Assembly (NCBI GenBank): GCA_951406725.2 | Contig: OX597821.1 | Span: 97,836,001-97,900,000, forward strand | Direction of reading: 5' to 3' | DNA length: 64,000 nt | Origin: Octopus vulgaris | Lineage: Eukaryota | Shown: one piece after another, positions 38,276 through 52,946 of the stretch | How the letters are laid out: the number at the start of each line of letters is the position of its first letter | Position numbering within the stretch: position 1 is the first letter of the stretch | Made by a program: the position numbers and the translations under genes | The notes under the pieces: generated by a model | Seen by the model: the letters and a program-made list of their open reading frames with translations, nothing else | What the model was told of the DNA's origin: nothing | Databases searched by the model: none

Positions 38276-38332
38276 CACACACACACATGTATGTGGATGC
38301 ATATTTTATATATTCATGCGTGTGTGTGTATA

Positions 38333-38525
38333 CATCATCATCATCATTTAGCATCTTTTTTCCATACTGGCATGAGTTATATGATTTGAGTGGAACTGGT
38401 AAGCTGGAGAGGTGCACCCGAATCCAATCTGGCTTTGTCATGGTTTCAACAGCTCGTTACCCTTCCTAACGACAACAACTCCAAGAGTGTAGTGGGTGCC
38501 TTTTTACAGGTCACCAGCACCAGCC
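38333..38525 (-). mobile_element. Degenerate RTE-type tail
   Basis: (CAT)n start and 'cccttcctaacgacaacaactccaagagtgtagtgggtgcctttttac'. Confidence 0.7.
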
Positions 38526-38557
38526 ACAACTATGATTTCATTTGATGACAAAGATCA

Positions 38558-38959
38558 AGTATGGCTGTGTGGTTAAGAAGCTTCCTTAGCAACCATGTGC
38601 TTTTGAATTCATTCTCACTGCAAAGCATTTTGGGCAAGTATCTTCTACTTTAGCCCTGGTGGGAGACCAAAACCTTGATGGTGGATTTGGTAGGCAGAAA
38701 CTGAAGGAAGCCCACTGTATATGAATATATGTATGTGTGTGCTCTTATCTTCATATCATGTGATGATTGTAAATGAGCTTTTCCCTCATACGAGTGATGT
38801 TGTTTGCTTCCAGTCTTCCATAAAAAGATATGTCTGGCCATGGGGAAATATTACTTTGTTTGGAAACAGGTAAGGGTTGGTGACAGAAAGAGGAGAAGAT
38901 CAGCCCCAACAAATCCATCTAACTTATGCAAGCATGGAATAGTAGATGTTGAATGATGA

Positions 38960-38962
<3 letters not shown>
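38558..38962 (+). mobile_element. tRNA-head SINE with RTE-like tail
   Basis: 'tggctgtgtggttaagaagctt...ttgggcaagtatcttctact...gcaagcatggaatagtagatgttgaatgatgatg'. Confidence 0.72.
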
Positions 38963-39008
<46 letters not shown>

Positions 39009-39162
39009 GGCACAATAAAGTGTGACACATAACCAAAGATTGTGCTCAGTAGTAGGTTCTACACTCCAAGGGACATCAACCTTCGGATAAACTAGTGTGT
39101 GGAATAGAAACCTTAAGGCCATCATGCTCTTCACCTTATAAATGTCCTGTAATAAATTTATT

Positions 39163-39257
<95 letters not shown>

Positions 39258-40070
39258 CCCATCGAACCGTCCAACCCGTGCTAGCAGGAAACGGACGTTA
39301 TATATATATATGATATATATATAAGTCAGTTATCCTTATGTCAGAAAAACAGCACACTCTTAAAGATATTTTGAGCAGTTATATTTAATGTAGTTGAATA
39401 GTACATCCTTCATTATGGCATTTAAAAGGGACTATGTGCTTCCAGTCAGTCGGTCTGATGAGCCACCTATATTGTGAAGTGCAATAGTAGAAGTAAAAGC
39501 AATAGTAACTTTCTGACCTGTTATATGCCATAACCAAGGATGTACTACTTTGCTACATAAAATGAATAAATAAATACATGCACGTATATGTAGGCATATA
39601 TTTTACACAGGCATGGCTGAGTGATTAAGATCACTTCACAACTAAGAAACCCTGAGTTCAATCTTATGAACTCATGTGAGCTAAGCTTTCTGGGTGGATA
39701 AACAGAAACTATGTCGAAGCCTATAGTATACCTGTAATTCAAAAGTCCAGCCTTACCACACTGTTGTGTTCAAATTCTGCTTTAGAATAACCATCAAGGT
39801 ACATGTGCCTTTGGAATACCCAGCCACATTGTACAGTAATTCAATGCAAGTTTGTTCCCTTAATCATACATTGAAATTACCACCTGGGTCATATCTACAC
39901 ACACACGCACGCGTGAACACATACACACACACACACAAACACATTTGTGTATGTGCACAGGCTCAATCACACAATTGATGTTTTGAAAAAAAAACAAATT
40001 TGCAATGGTTATTAAAAAATGCTAACGGAATTCATATATCTATATAATGTATGTATACAATATATATATA

Positions 40071-40377
40071 TCACCGTGATCACCGTGACCGACCAGGCTA
40101 TATGATATTGCTACACATCGCTGGTCACAATGCGCTTCGCATTGTTTTAGCCTTCAAATGATGCCACCCCGCTAGCTAAGCAAGCAGGCCAACAGAAGAA
40201 AGAGTGAGAGAAAATTGTGGCGAAAGAGTACAGCAGGGATCACCACAAGCCCCTGCTGGAGCCTCATGGAGCTTTAGGTGTTTTCACTCAATAAACACTC
40301 ACAACGCCTGGTTTGGGAATCGAAACCGCGATCATATGACTGCGCATCCGCTGCCCACTGGGCCATTGCACCTCCAC
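40071..40377 (-). mobile_element. tRNA-head SINE sharing head and body with 31595-31913 but with a different tail
   Basis: Shared 'gagtgaaa(a)cacctaa(a)gctccatg...ctttcgccacaa(c/t)tttctctcactcttt'. The tail ends (CACGGTGAT)2. Confidence 0.85.
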
Positions 40378-42344
40378 CACAATATATGTATATGCATGTA
40401 AATATGTGCATGTGTCCATGTATGTATATGTGTATACACACACATGTATAAAATTTAATTTTCTGTTCACTGAGAGTATTGCCTAATTAAAAACATATGC
40501 ACTCTACCTTCAAATTCTTTGATTTTTATTAGGGTTTTTTGGGGGGGTTTTTTGTCTCAGTATTTTTGTTACAATTTTATAATCTCATCATACAAGTTTT
40601 AGTATTCAACCTTCTTTTGCAAGTCTTAATCCTTATTTATTATGTTTTGATAAGATTTTCCAAGTGTTTACATGTGTAATCTATTCATATGCGTGTGTCT
40701 GTGTAATTTTGCTTGTAGTGTAAGTGTTCATATATGTGTGTGAGTATATAAACTTGAAAACTGTTTGCCTTCCTTTCCATTTTAAGTCTCTGATTGAAAA
40801 TCCTTTATTTCTAATCTAATAGGTTACAAATATGTTATTTATTTGTCACATGCTGTCACATGTTTGTTATATATCTGTTTATATGTGAATAGGAAAATAT
40901 AAATATACAAGAAAGACTACTAAGAACATGTGTAGACATGAATTCAGGTTTGAAAGATCTAAGGATGTCTAATATGTAATTTACAAACTTTTTTTTTGTT
41001 TTTTTTTTAACCTAAATTCATGACCAAGCAGGCATAAAAGACCTTATCTTATGAATTAAAGGGAAATGGGGAAAATAGGATTCTATATCATTCATGCCTT
41101 TCCTCTAATGGCAAATATTAGCTGTAAATGAAGTGAACTGGATTCATACCAGGAATTCTAAATGTGTGTCACAGCCAGAAGTTTTATCTCTTAATTCTAC
41201 AACAGTCACTATGTACTGTACAAATATTGACATTTTTTTTTAATATTTTTGATTTTTTTTTTCTTCTTTTAACTTAGGCACAATTCCACAGATCTATATG
41301 AGATTTGTAATGGAAGGGAGAGAGAAGTGTGGAATGGGATTTTGTGACATTCATGCCAGATATTTTTCAAGTGGGCAATTAGCAATGTCGTTACATAGTA
41401 AGATAAATAGGATGGGCTCCAAACAAGAGTGAAAAAACATTCCTTCCTGCTCTTGAATTGATGTTTGCCAGAACCTTATTCTTTTACTCCTTGAAGCCTC
41501 AGCACAACACAGTAATATTGTTTTTTAACTTTTGAATGAATTGGGGAAGGAGAAGGTTAAGTGCTTAAAAGGTCGTGTCTCTCAGAAGGGCACCTGACTG
41601 GAGTTTTGTGAAATGAACAACCTTCAACCAAAGATGACAACAAAGTCATTAGCTGACCAAAATTTGAATTCTTTTTTTTTCCTTTTGGCTCATTGAAGCC
41701 TTGACACAACACAAATTATAAATATTGGAGTTATTTTTTCTATTGTGACTTTGACATAAATGGCTCTATATCTTTTTTTTTTAGGTGATGTGCATGTGTG
41801 TGTGTATGATGGAGGGGATAATAGCATACTGTGACATGTATGTTTTTCCTCCCTAAACTGTCTTTGTACTAGCAGTGGAAAAGTCCTCCCCTATCTCTTC
41901 TACAATTGTCTGCTTCAACAGTCCTTACTCCTCCTCAGAACTAAACAATCTCTGTGCCATCTCCAGCTCCTCATCTCACTTCTACTGTATCTTGCATGTT
42001 GCCTCACCCACCCCCTCACACTCCACTTCCACCAAATTCCACACTACACATAACATATTTTTCAGTCCTTTCACCCAACCCGTGCAAATCCCCTATCTCA
42101 GTGTATGGTCATCTCTACTCCATGAAAAAGAACAAAAAATAAGAAAAAAAACTCTTCAGCTAAAAGAAATTCAAGTTGAAAAGTATATCATCATTATTTA
42201 AGCTGGAGGGAAGGCTTTGCAAGGGCTACAGAGACATTGCAGCTCTTACTCTCGATTTTTAACAAGTAGTTATTTTATTGACTTCAGGACCAGGAAATTT
42301 GTGCTTGGTGAGGATTGAGCTCAGAAAGTAATAATAATAATAAT

Positions 42345-43020
42345 GTTTCAAATTTTGGTATAAGGCCTGCAATTTTAGGAGGACAGAGCTAGTCAATTAT
42401 TTCACTGGTACTTTATTTTATTGACCCCCAATTGGATGAAAGGCAAAGTTGACCTCAGAGGATTTGAACTCAGAAGCAATGCCGCTGAGCATTTTGTCTG
42501 ATGCACTAAGGATTCTGCCAGCTTGCTGTCTTCATAATAATAGTACCAACAACAACAACAATGATATTGATTTCTAGGGTTGGTGTAATGCCACTAATTA
42601 TAGGGTAGTATAATCAATTAGATAGCCCACAGTATGCTACTGGTACTGTTTTATTAACTTTGCTGGAATGCAAAGTTATGATTTGAACTCACAATGTAAA
42701 GGGATATAACTACTATGAGCCATTTTGTTCCAAAAATTTGAACAAAATAATTATATTGATTTCTAAATCCAGGCTGCAAACATGTAAGAGAGGACTTCAT
42801 AAGTGATTGTATTAACCTAAGTATCTCACTGGTAATTAGTCTTATCAACTTCACCCTGTAATGAAAGACGAACTTAATTCCTGATAGGATTTGAACTGAG
42901 AATGTAAAGGAACAAAACTAAGTATTGCATGGAATTCACTTTGATGTTCAAGGAGTTCTAAATTTGGAGAATGGATGAAAAATTACTAACTTATGCTTTG
43001 TGGGGATTTGAACTCAGAAT
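42345..43020 (-). mobile_element. Cluster of degenerate SINE copies (43772 family)
   Basis: Repeated 'gatttgaactcagaa' and 'ggatgaaaggcaaagttgacctc'. Confidence 0.65.
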
Positions 43021-43771
43021 ACACAAAAATAGCATGGAAAATGTATATGCATAGTACAAACAGTGCTTTCTCATAATGGTTGTTGGCAACACATTTGAAA
43101 CTGAATTATCTGAGGATTGAAACTATATTACTGTCTCATCCCTTGCACCACCACTTTAGCATTCACTTGATGATGTTGTACATGACGACCACATTTATAA
43201 CATTATGTGTTGTAGTTCAAAGGCTAGGCACTGTCATTAGGACCAGTGACCACTTGAGCAATGAATACTTGGTGATCTTACAAAGCACAAATGTGATCCA
43301 TGCTAGAGAACTGTTCATATATCTGGGATGAAGCAACTTACGCACAAAAACATTTGTGACAGCATCCAAAGAGAAGCCTTCCGACAGATAGATAGCATTT
43401 TATTTAACAGCATACTGCAGCCATTATCCCTACTGAAACACTGTGTTGTCTGTCCTCCTGCCTCTTCTATGACTAGTACAACAGTTGCAACTCCTATACC
43501 TGCCCTAGTATTACACTGCAACCACTAAGTTACAACCACTAACTCACTCTGTCAATTCATATCATTCCTACTACTCGTACAATCATTTTTGTTCCTCTAA
43601 ACTAGCAAACTGTTCACCATAACTATACCCACTGAAACACTGAAGCCCCCCACTCTTTCTTCTATTTTTCTTTACAGTAATTCTTGTTCTTCTGAGCTAC
43701 CACACCCCAGCAGTACATTACAACTACACTACAATTATTATACACATAATTAACCTATGGTCACAGTATAT

Positions 43772-44003
43772 ATTTCTTTACTACCCACAAGGGGCTAAAC
43801 ATAGAGGGGACAAACAAGGACAGACAAAGGAATTAAGTCGATCACATCGACCCCAGTGCGAAACTGGTACTATATTTGTCGACCCCGAAAGGATGAAAGG
43901 CAAAGTCGACCTCGGCAGAATTTGAACTCAGAACGTAGTGACAGACGAAATACCGCTAAGCATTTCGCCCGGCGTGCTAACGTTTCTGCCAGCTTGCTGC
44001 CTT
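43772..44003 (-). mobile_element. Young SINE copy with ~17-bp TSD
   Basis: B-box-like GAGTTCAAATT and central 'gcctttcatcctttcggggtcga' on the minus strand. TSD CTATGGTCACARTATAT at 43755-43771 and 44004-44020 (1 mismatch). Confidence 0.9.
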
Positions 44004-46173
44004 CTATGGTCACAATATATTCTTCCTCAATCTATCCTAGTATTATAACAGTTAAAAGTCCCTCTGAACTTGGCAAGCGGTTTTGTACAACTCTCATTGC
44101 AGTGCTATATGATAATAACTATTTAACCAGAAATGTACTTTTCCCTCCTATCTCATCTACAATAAACCCCAATTGCTTGACTAGGTATTTGTGTATCACT
44201 CCTGCCCAAGCTCGCTTGTTACACACACACACACACAACCACCACCACCACCACCGCCTTTTCATGTCACTCTGTCTCATTTTACCCTGCAAGTTCTGTA
44301 CCAAACATTTTAAACTTAATCATTCTTCTAATGAATTACATTCCTCTGGACCTCTGTCCCCCATCCATGTTGCTCCTGGTTTGAGCTGAACACCAACTAC
44401 ATATAAACTTCACCCATCTGAGGGCTTGCAAAAGCTAAGGGTGCTACTCCCTTTCCTCCCTCTCAAACATAAATCACTAAAAAAAAAAAAACCTTTATAT
44501 AGTACAAATAATTTTTCTTTTTGCATGTGTTTTTTGACTAGGCACAAAGATCTGATATTTTTAGGAGAAAAGAGGTTGGGATGTTCATAATTTTCACAAA
44601 ATCATTAGCGATATCTGATGTTGCCAACAGATTCATACGAACTTTGACTGCATTTCCTTCAGGTGTCTACTGCGTTGTCCTTTGGAAATGTAAAATTGTG
44701 TTTGTTATGTTACATCTTTTATTTTATTGTGCGATTTTGTTTTGTTGTTTCTGGTGTTATTCTACTATTTTTTTTTTTGTTGTGTAGAATATGTGATGTG
44801 TTATTATATGGTTCAGTGGTGATAATGTAGATTATGTGTTGTGTGTCTGGTGGTATTTGCATAGAGTTTGTGTTGTGTTATAGTTCAGATGGTGATTGGG
44901 TGGTGTGGGTTGTGTTATAGTCAGGTGGGTGATAGTGTAGAGTAAGTGTGGAGTTATAATACTGGATGGGGATTGTGTAGACTATGTTGTCATGTCTGTT
45001 AAGGATCTTGACAGCTCATAGTTCAGTAGTTCTCAATGTTTCTGACTTCATGGCACTAAAAATTACTCGTGCACTTTACATGAACAGTTTAAAAAAAAAC
45101 TGTTTTAAATTTAAAAATTTAGAAAAAATATAGAAAACTATTGCTTACCTTGTTTTATTAATCATATCTGTGCATAGCAGAATTATGAATTATTTATTTT
45201 TTCAAGAGGCTCTACCATTGGTAGGGATTTTCTAAAGCCTTAAATTATATCTTTAAAAATCCATGGTGCACCTTGGTACCATTTGCAGTGTACCTATGCA
45301 TCACAATGTGATGTTTGAGATCCACTGCACCAATTGTTGAGAGTTGATTTGTGTTATAGTGTCGGATGGCAATTGTGTAGAGGCTGTGCTGTGTGAGATT
45401 GTTATTTTTATCATCGTAAAAGAAAATAGAATGGCATATGAGTTTGAATGCTAGATTAAATGCCTCATGGCATTTAGTTACATCCCTTGTTGTTCTGAGT
45501 TCAAATCCTGCTGAAACCTAGTTTTCTTTTCATCCTTCTAGGCATCATCTGATGAGTATCAGTCAAGTACTGGCAGCAGATTTAATTAACAACATCCTAA
45601 AATTTGTGTACTTGTACCGCTTTTAGAAATCTTTAAGGGTTAGTATTATTATCATCATCAGCATCATTAGCATTACAGTACAATTGAAAGCAGACTTTGG
45701 ATCCACCAGTGCCAAACATTCTTGGCAATAACATCCTTTTGTTTTCTTGTTAGACCATGCAGAGTAAAAACAAAGATTTGTATGTTTAATCTGCTAGACT
45801 GTGAAAAAAGACATTGCAAGTGAAAGGTGTCAACCCTCTCTACCAGAACATTTCTTGGTGGTGTGAGAGAAGTGAAGTGAAGTAGCTGCAACCACAGTAC
45901 TAAACATGTTTCAATATGTTGAAAAATGGGAAATTTTATCTTTTCTCTTAATAACTATTCAGCACTGGCTAACAAACGATGTTGGTTTTCATTGTATGGT
46001 GCCTAAGGACAGAAATTCATGAAGCTAATAGGTGCAGATGAAGGGGAGCAAAATTTTGTGGTATTTATCAGAGAGGTAGTATTAACAACATAAATGGTCA
46101 GTCAACTAACTTTGAATTGGAACCAATACCAAGGCAAGAACCTGGCCAGTTTGATCTTTAATCCTTAATTTGT

Positions 46174-46246
<73 letters not shown>

Positions 46247-46984
46247 TGCATGTGCGTGTGTGTGAGTTAGAGAAGACAGGGTTTATTATCATTGTAATGT
46301 TAACAGAACGTGGGTGGGGAAGAAACTGGGGGATTCTAGTTCAAATGCGTACAGAAGAGTAAATTCTGCTCAAGACATCCAAGGCCCAAGTAGTGCATTT
46401 GGCCAGTTGTGTGAAGGCTTTAGTATGACCGAACTGGATATTAATAGTTGGCAGTCCTACATGTCCTCTCTAGAGGTTGAAATTCTGTAAATTATTTTAG
46501 AACAAAGTTTAAAAGAAGCTACTTCATGCTAGAATTAGCTGTCAAACCTTTCTCATATCCTTCTATAAAATACAGGACAAATTAAGTGATTTATAGTTAC
46601 AAATACTGTCTGAATGAAAAGACAAGATAGTCATGGGTAGAACATCTTTTTGCAAGTTCAAGATTGATCTGGATCTATACAACTTCTTTCTTAATACAGT
46701 TAATACAGTTGTTTACTTTCCACCTTTTTTGTTTTGTTTCTTTAAATTTTATCTTCTGTTTGATTACTATTGTGTTTGTGTGTGTGTGTAGATGGTACTC
46801 AATACATTGAGTTAAATACATAATAATAATAACAACAACTGTAGAATAAATGGGTTTTCAGTAGTGTTTACTCCAAGTTTCTTGTTTTTCAGTGGTGATT
46901 ATCAGTTAAAAGTAAAATGTTGTTTGCAAAGAAGCAATGTGTAATTCAGGTAAAAATGTGAAAACCCAGTTCTTCCTCTGATGC

Positions 46985-47021
<37 letters not shown>

Positions 47022-47085
47022 TGGAAGGTTTGGAGATGATGTACATATATATATATTGGAAGGTTTGGAGATGATGTACAGGTAT

Positions 47086-47415
47086 TATATATTAGAAGAA
47101 ATGAGGTAATCAGAAGATCGGATGGTTCATATTTACAGATATTTATTTATATATTACATTTTTTACATATATATATATCATATCATTCAGATCATTAGCG
47201 CTTTCTCCCATTCTAGTGGGGTTTTCAAATCAAAATAATGATTATTTTGATTTGAAATAAGATTATTTTGATTTGAAAACCCCACTAGAATGGGAGAAAG
47301 CGCTAATGATCTGAATGATATGATATATATATATGTAAAAAATGTAATTTATAAATAAATATCTGTAAATATGAACCATCCGATCTTCTGATTACCTCAT
47401 TTCTTCTAATATATA
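47086..47415. repeat. Near-perfect fold-back palindrome (~154-bp arms) with duplicated centre
   Basis: 47086-47239 is the reverse complement of 47262-47415. 'attattttgatttgaaa' is duplicated at the turn. Confidence 0.95.
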
Positions 47416-47629
47416 TATATATAATGCACACACATGCACAAATGTTTGTATGTGTGTGTGTGTGCGTGTGTATTATGTATCTAAGCAATTTCAATGCCAC
47501 ACATAATAAAAGTTCAAAGTTGATACATTGTACTTGGTGAACTGTAAAGAGATGTAACTAAATGCTACAAGTCATTTTATCTAGCATTCTACCATTTCTA
47601 CAATTCATCTCTCCTCCTCCCAGCTCAAA

Positions 47630-48135
47630 TTAACACATTTGATATTAACCCCACAAGATACATGTTTATAAGGTATTTATATTTGAACCTAACATTGCAA
47701 CTTAATGTAAAAACTGTTGTGTACTGAACACCAGCTTCATACTAAAAATTTAGTTATATTACTAAATACCTCTAAATTCTTGAATTATTTTGAAATTTAA
47801 TTGGAGTATGTAGTTGATGTATTGCATTAGAAAAATCGTAACAAAAAGATTAAACAACACAGTTAAATCTTACTTGTACTAAGTCAAAATTTAACTGAAG
47901 TACTCCTTAACTCATCTATTACCATATTTCTGTTGAAATACTCTGCTTTGTTTCAATTAATTCTGAAAATAATAAAGGATTTAGTAAAATAAATTTGTCA
48001 TTAAGCTGGTGTTTGGAACATAAATTTATTTGAAATTTTGATTGAAGGTTTTAATTTAGCTCACTTCAGAAGAGGAATATTGTATCATAGAACCAGAAGT
48101 GGTGTCAAGTAAACTGCTATCAGTTTGATAAGTAA
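47630..48135. mobile_element. Two old TTAA-MITE copies in opposite orientation
   Basis: 47630-47853 and 47907-~48135 both start with TTAA and resemble the 1528/35544 family. Confidence 0.55.
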
Positions 48136-49668
48136 ATGAGGGAAGAATGTATTTAATTATATTGTTCAGCTGTTTACTATCCAAAGCCAAAACTATGATG
48201 AAAATAATTCCAATCATGACCATCCAGTCTTCTTTTTTTCATACACAGTATGTCTAAGATTACATTATCTTATTTGACCTTACATTTTTTCAACAAGGCA
48301 GTGTGTGAACTGTGGAACATATAGGTTGCCTCTTTGGTTTAATTGGGTGGTTAGACTCGATTGGGGTGGGCTACAGTGGACCAGCTGTCAAGTTTTCTTC
48401 TTCTGATTATTCATATATAAAGGATGGTTATTCAGGGTCCCAATAACCATAGAACAAAAAGAAAACTTCAACTGAGTTGGCAAACCTGTAGTTTAAGATC
48501 TACTTCACATAAAGTAATTCCATTTTATTTAATACTTGGCGAAAAAAAAAGGTGGAACATCATCTAATCATGTTCTCTTCAGATTTAGGTGTGTGACCTC
48601 AACTGTAAGGTAAAGGATATCAGTGATACAAGAGGTAGTCATAAGGAACAAAAAAGGAGAAAAATATGCCATTAACATCACAACATCTCACGCTTCCAAC
48701 AAATCTTGCAACCTTTGAATGACTTTGGAATCAAAACTATTTTAATATTACCAATGGTATAGGAATATTTCTGAAAAGATTTATCAGGTTTGCAGGAAAG
48801 AGAATGATGATGATGATGAGGGTAATGATGTTCATTATAATCATGATGGTCATGATGATGATGATGATGATAAGGATGAAGACCACTATAGGGATGAGAA
48901 ATATGATTGTGGTGGTCATGAAGGCAATATCAATGAAAATGATACTGTTACTATCAGTAATAATGATGGGGATAACATTACACCACCACCACCACCATGT
49001 TTACTATGTGTCGTCCAAGATCACATTTGTACTGCAAGATGCTCTGATTATATACTCCTGTGATCTAAGACATCCCAGCCAGGACCACATTCTTCAATGT
49101 GTCCATTTCTGCATTGGGGTGGGTGTAATTTGAGGGATATTTGACTTCTGTTTCTAGCAAGTTAAGCTACTATGGAGAGGCTTCCTCATTTGCCAGAGAT
49201 TTCCTGTTGATAGCCAGTGGCAGTGTCTTCCATATTTCTTTCCTATGGTGTTGTATATATTGTATACCATACTATTACTGGCTAGTACTTGGTCAGGTAA
49301 ATCTTAAAAATGGTCCTGAGTGTATATTCATAAGTACATTGCTAAAGTGTTAATAAATTTTATCTAGGTTGGATAAATATTGAAGCAGTTCCTGAGACAA
49401 TATTAATAAGAGATCAGTTAAGTGAGAAACCAAGTTCTTCCAAATTTTCATGGTTTTAGAAATGTCATGTGATGTCAGTGGAATATTTTAACAGCAGATA
49501 ACATAGTTTCCTAATATTCTTTACCTTTTAAAATATTATATTCAAATTAAAAATATCTTAACTAGATGAAAGAGATAGAGTGATGGAATATTAAGTTCCC
49601 AGCTATGTGCGTGTGCGTGTGTGCGTGTGTATACACGCACACACACATATACATACATACATACATAT

Positions 49669-49770
<102 letters not shown>

Positions 49771-50222
49771 ATGTAGATTTAGATATAGATATATATCAGT
49801 TATTGTTTCAGTAATATCTATTCTTGTAAGTTTATATTTCCTTCTTTTTTAATAAAAAAATTCTTTTTAAATTGTAAGTTTAATGGTATTACGATGCAGA
49901 AAAATATGCTGCATTGTATTATTGTATTATTTCTTTGTACTTTTTAACAAATCCTTTGAAATTTTTGAAGAGAAAATATCATTTATTCTGACAGTTTCTT
50001 CACAAACAAAACTAATTTTCTACTTCAGCACATAGTCACAAAATTCGTCAAATGAAGAGGTATTTTGTGGTGTGATGTTGACACCTTTCCCTAAGGCATT
50101 AAAAGAAAGCAATCTAAGTTGAGTTGAAATCTTTCATTTTGAACTCTAAGCAATTTGGTTTTTTTTTTTTCATTTTTTTTTTATTCCTTTTTGCTTATTT
50201 ATATTTATTTTCTTTTTTTATT

Positions 50223-50271
<49 letters not shown>

Positions 50272-50970
50272 ACACTATTTCATGTATACATATCCATATA
50301 CAAATATAGAGTAATATTAGATATTTGTTTGTTTGGTCTGATAGGAAAGGTTGTGTTCATTGTTTCTGCAGACCTTCTGGGACAGACCAAGTAATTGTCA
50401 TACCCTTTAGGATTAATGTTAGTCAGGGTTTATGGTTGGATTAGCTTGACATTACTGCTAGGCTTATATTTAAATTTAAAGGGTAGTTTTGCATTTAGGC
50501 ATTTGAGTTTAAGGATTAGTCTTAAAGGGTTAGGGCTTAAGATTATTGTTTAAGGTTAGGATTAGGTTTTAGGACTAAGTATTTGAGATTGTTTTTAATA
50601 AGAGTTTGAGTTTTTGAGTAAAGATGAGACAAAGACTAACATTTATAATAAATAAAACCAACCATGGTGGCTTTATTTATTTATGTAATGATGAAAATGC
50701 CCTTGCAGACAAAGTCTGGAAATTCTTCAAATAAAGAGGAGTAGGGCTTAGGTTTCTATCACTGGCATCAAAATGTCAATATTTAACATCAGTTTCTTGC
50801 TTAGACACAGGGATGTCACAAATTTGTAGCAGAAGGGGAAAACTGTGTAGTTCAACCCTTGCTGAAGGGTTTTAACAAAGCAGGTTAAATATGAAACAAA
50901 GTCAAATTAGTTCCTTTTTGCAATGAAGAAATCACAAAAACCTTATATATATATATATATATATATAAAG

Positions 50971-51039
<69 letters not shown>

Positions 51040-51494
51040 TGATAGATAGATAGATATTGTGAGAGCCACTGCTCTCTCCTTCCATTACATATATTACTGT
51101 CTTCTGTTCACAACCTTGCATCCCCCGTTGCTTTACTGTTCACAACCCATGCTATCAAGTACCTTCAACCTAGGGCCAACCATCCATGGTCTCAGACAGG
51201 TTTGTCATTCTTTTCACAGTTACTTAATGGTTTGCTACAGTAATAACAACAACTAACAATTCAGAATAGGGGGTTTTCTCTTTGTATAAATGAATTGCTA
51301 TGGTTTTTTTTTTCATCTATTTTATATACATTTTTAGTTTGTAGATACTAGGATGTAAGTTTTAAAAAAAAATAATGATGTAGATCATTAGTTTCAGAAG
51401 TTCATCAAAAAGACTTGAAAAAACAAGAGAAAATTAATTTTATATAACTAATCTTCAAGAAAGAATAATGACAATGATAATGATAATGATAATA

Positions 51495-52870
51495 GCTGTT
51501 TCTAATATATGCACAAGGCCAGAAATTTGAGCAAGAGGGTTAGTCAATTAAATTGGTCTCAGTGCTTGACTTGTACTTTTTGTCAACCTTGAAGTGATGA
51601 AAGGTAAAGTTGATGTTGGTGGGATTTGAACTCAGAGTATAAAGAAACATAACTAAATACTGCAAGATATTTCATCTGATACTCTATCAATTCTATCATT
51701 CATTGTAGTATAGTGAGAATAATAAAGATTTCCAACAGGCAAAAAGCCATCAATTTTGGGTGAGGGGTACAGTCAAATAATAATAATTTCTAGCATATGC
51801 ACAAGGCTGTAAATTCATGGTTTGATATATAGTTGAGTAGATCAACCTTAGTACTTGACTGGTTCTTAATTTTATTGACACTGGTAAGGGATATTATTCA
51901 ATATTTCAAGTCAATCTATCTGATGTTCTACGAATTCTACCAGAGCCACAATTCGGAGGAAGTAGGTAAAGGTAACTAATTTCAACATTAGGTATTTCAC
52001 TAGTACATATTTACAGACTCTCTCCACTCTACTCACTGCATGCATGAAATCAAAGTTGACCTTGGTAGGATGTAAAGAAAAACCAAAAGGCATTATATTT
52101 GCTGCTTTAACAATTAGGCTACTCCACTGTCCTAACACAACAACCACCTTTATAAGAAATGATAGAACTAATAATAATTGTGATGATTTAACTCAGGCAC
52201 AAGGTCACAAATTTGGGGAGGAGTACAGTCAGTTAAATCAATGCCAGTACTTGACTGGTACTTTATTTTTATCAAACTCTGAAGGACAAAAGGCAGTGGA
52301 ATTTGAACTCAGAACATAAAGAGGCACAACTTAATACTGCTAGGTATTTTGTCCGAAGCTCTACTAATTTTGTCATTCTCTGTTGGATAGGAAAAAATAA
52401 TGATTTCAAACATAGGCAAAAAGCCATAAATTTTGAGTGAGGGGTACAGTCAATAATAGTTTCAAATCTTTTATTGGCCCCAAAAGGTAAGATAATGTTG
52501 ACCTTGGTGGTGTTTGAGCTCAGACTAAGCCTGGAAGAAATGCCACTAACGATTTTTGTCTGACATGCTAATGATTCTACCAACTTGGCACCTTTGATTT
52601 CAAATTTTGGTACAAGGCCAGCAATTTTAGGAGTCAATACCATCAACCCCAGTACTTAACTGGTATTTTATTTCATCTATCCCAAAAGGATGAAAGGCAA
52701 AATTGACCTCAGTGGAATTTGAACTCAGACCAAAAAGAAACATAACTTAATACCACAAGGTATTTTGCCCAAAGCACTACCAATTCTGTCATTCACTGTA
52801 GGATAGTGAAAAATAATGATGTTAGAACAAAGGCAAAAAGCCATAAATTTTGAGTGAGGGGGTACAGTCA
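51495..52870 (-). mobile_element. Head-to-tail cluster of degenerate SINE units (43772 family)
   Basis: Recurrent 'ggaatttgaactcaga...aggcaaaaagccataaattttgagtgaggggtacagtcaa' ending at ~51780, ~52455 and ~52870. Confidence 0.7.
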
Positions 52871-52901
52871 ATTAATAATGATAATAATAATAATAAAAAT
52901 G

Positions 52902-52946
<45 letters not shown>

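Noticed and set aside
39445-39520. CTGATGA followed by a hairpin
   Set aside because: No properly placed GAAA box or stem III, so it was not counted as a hammerhead.
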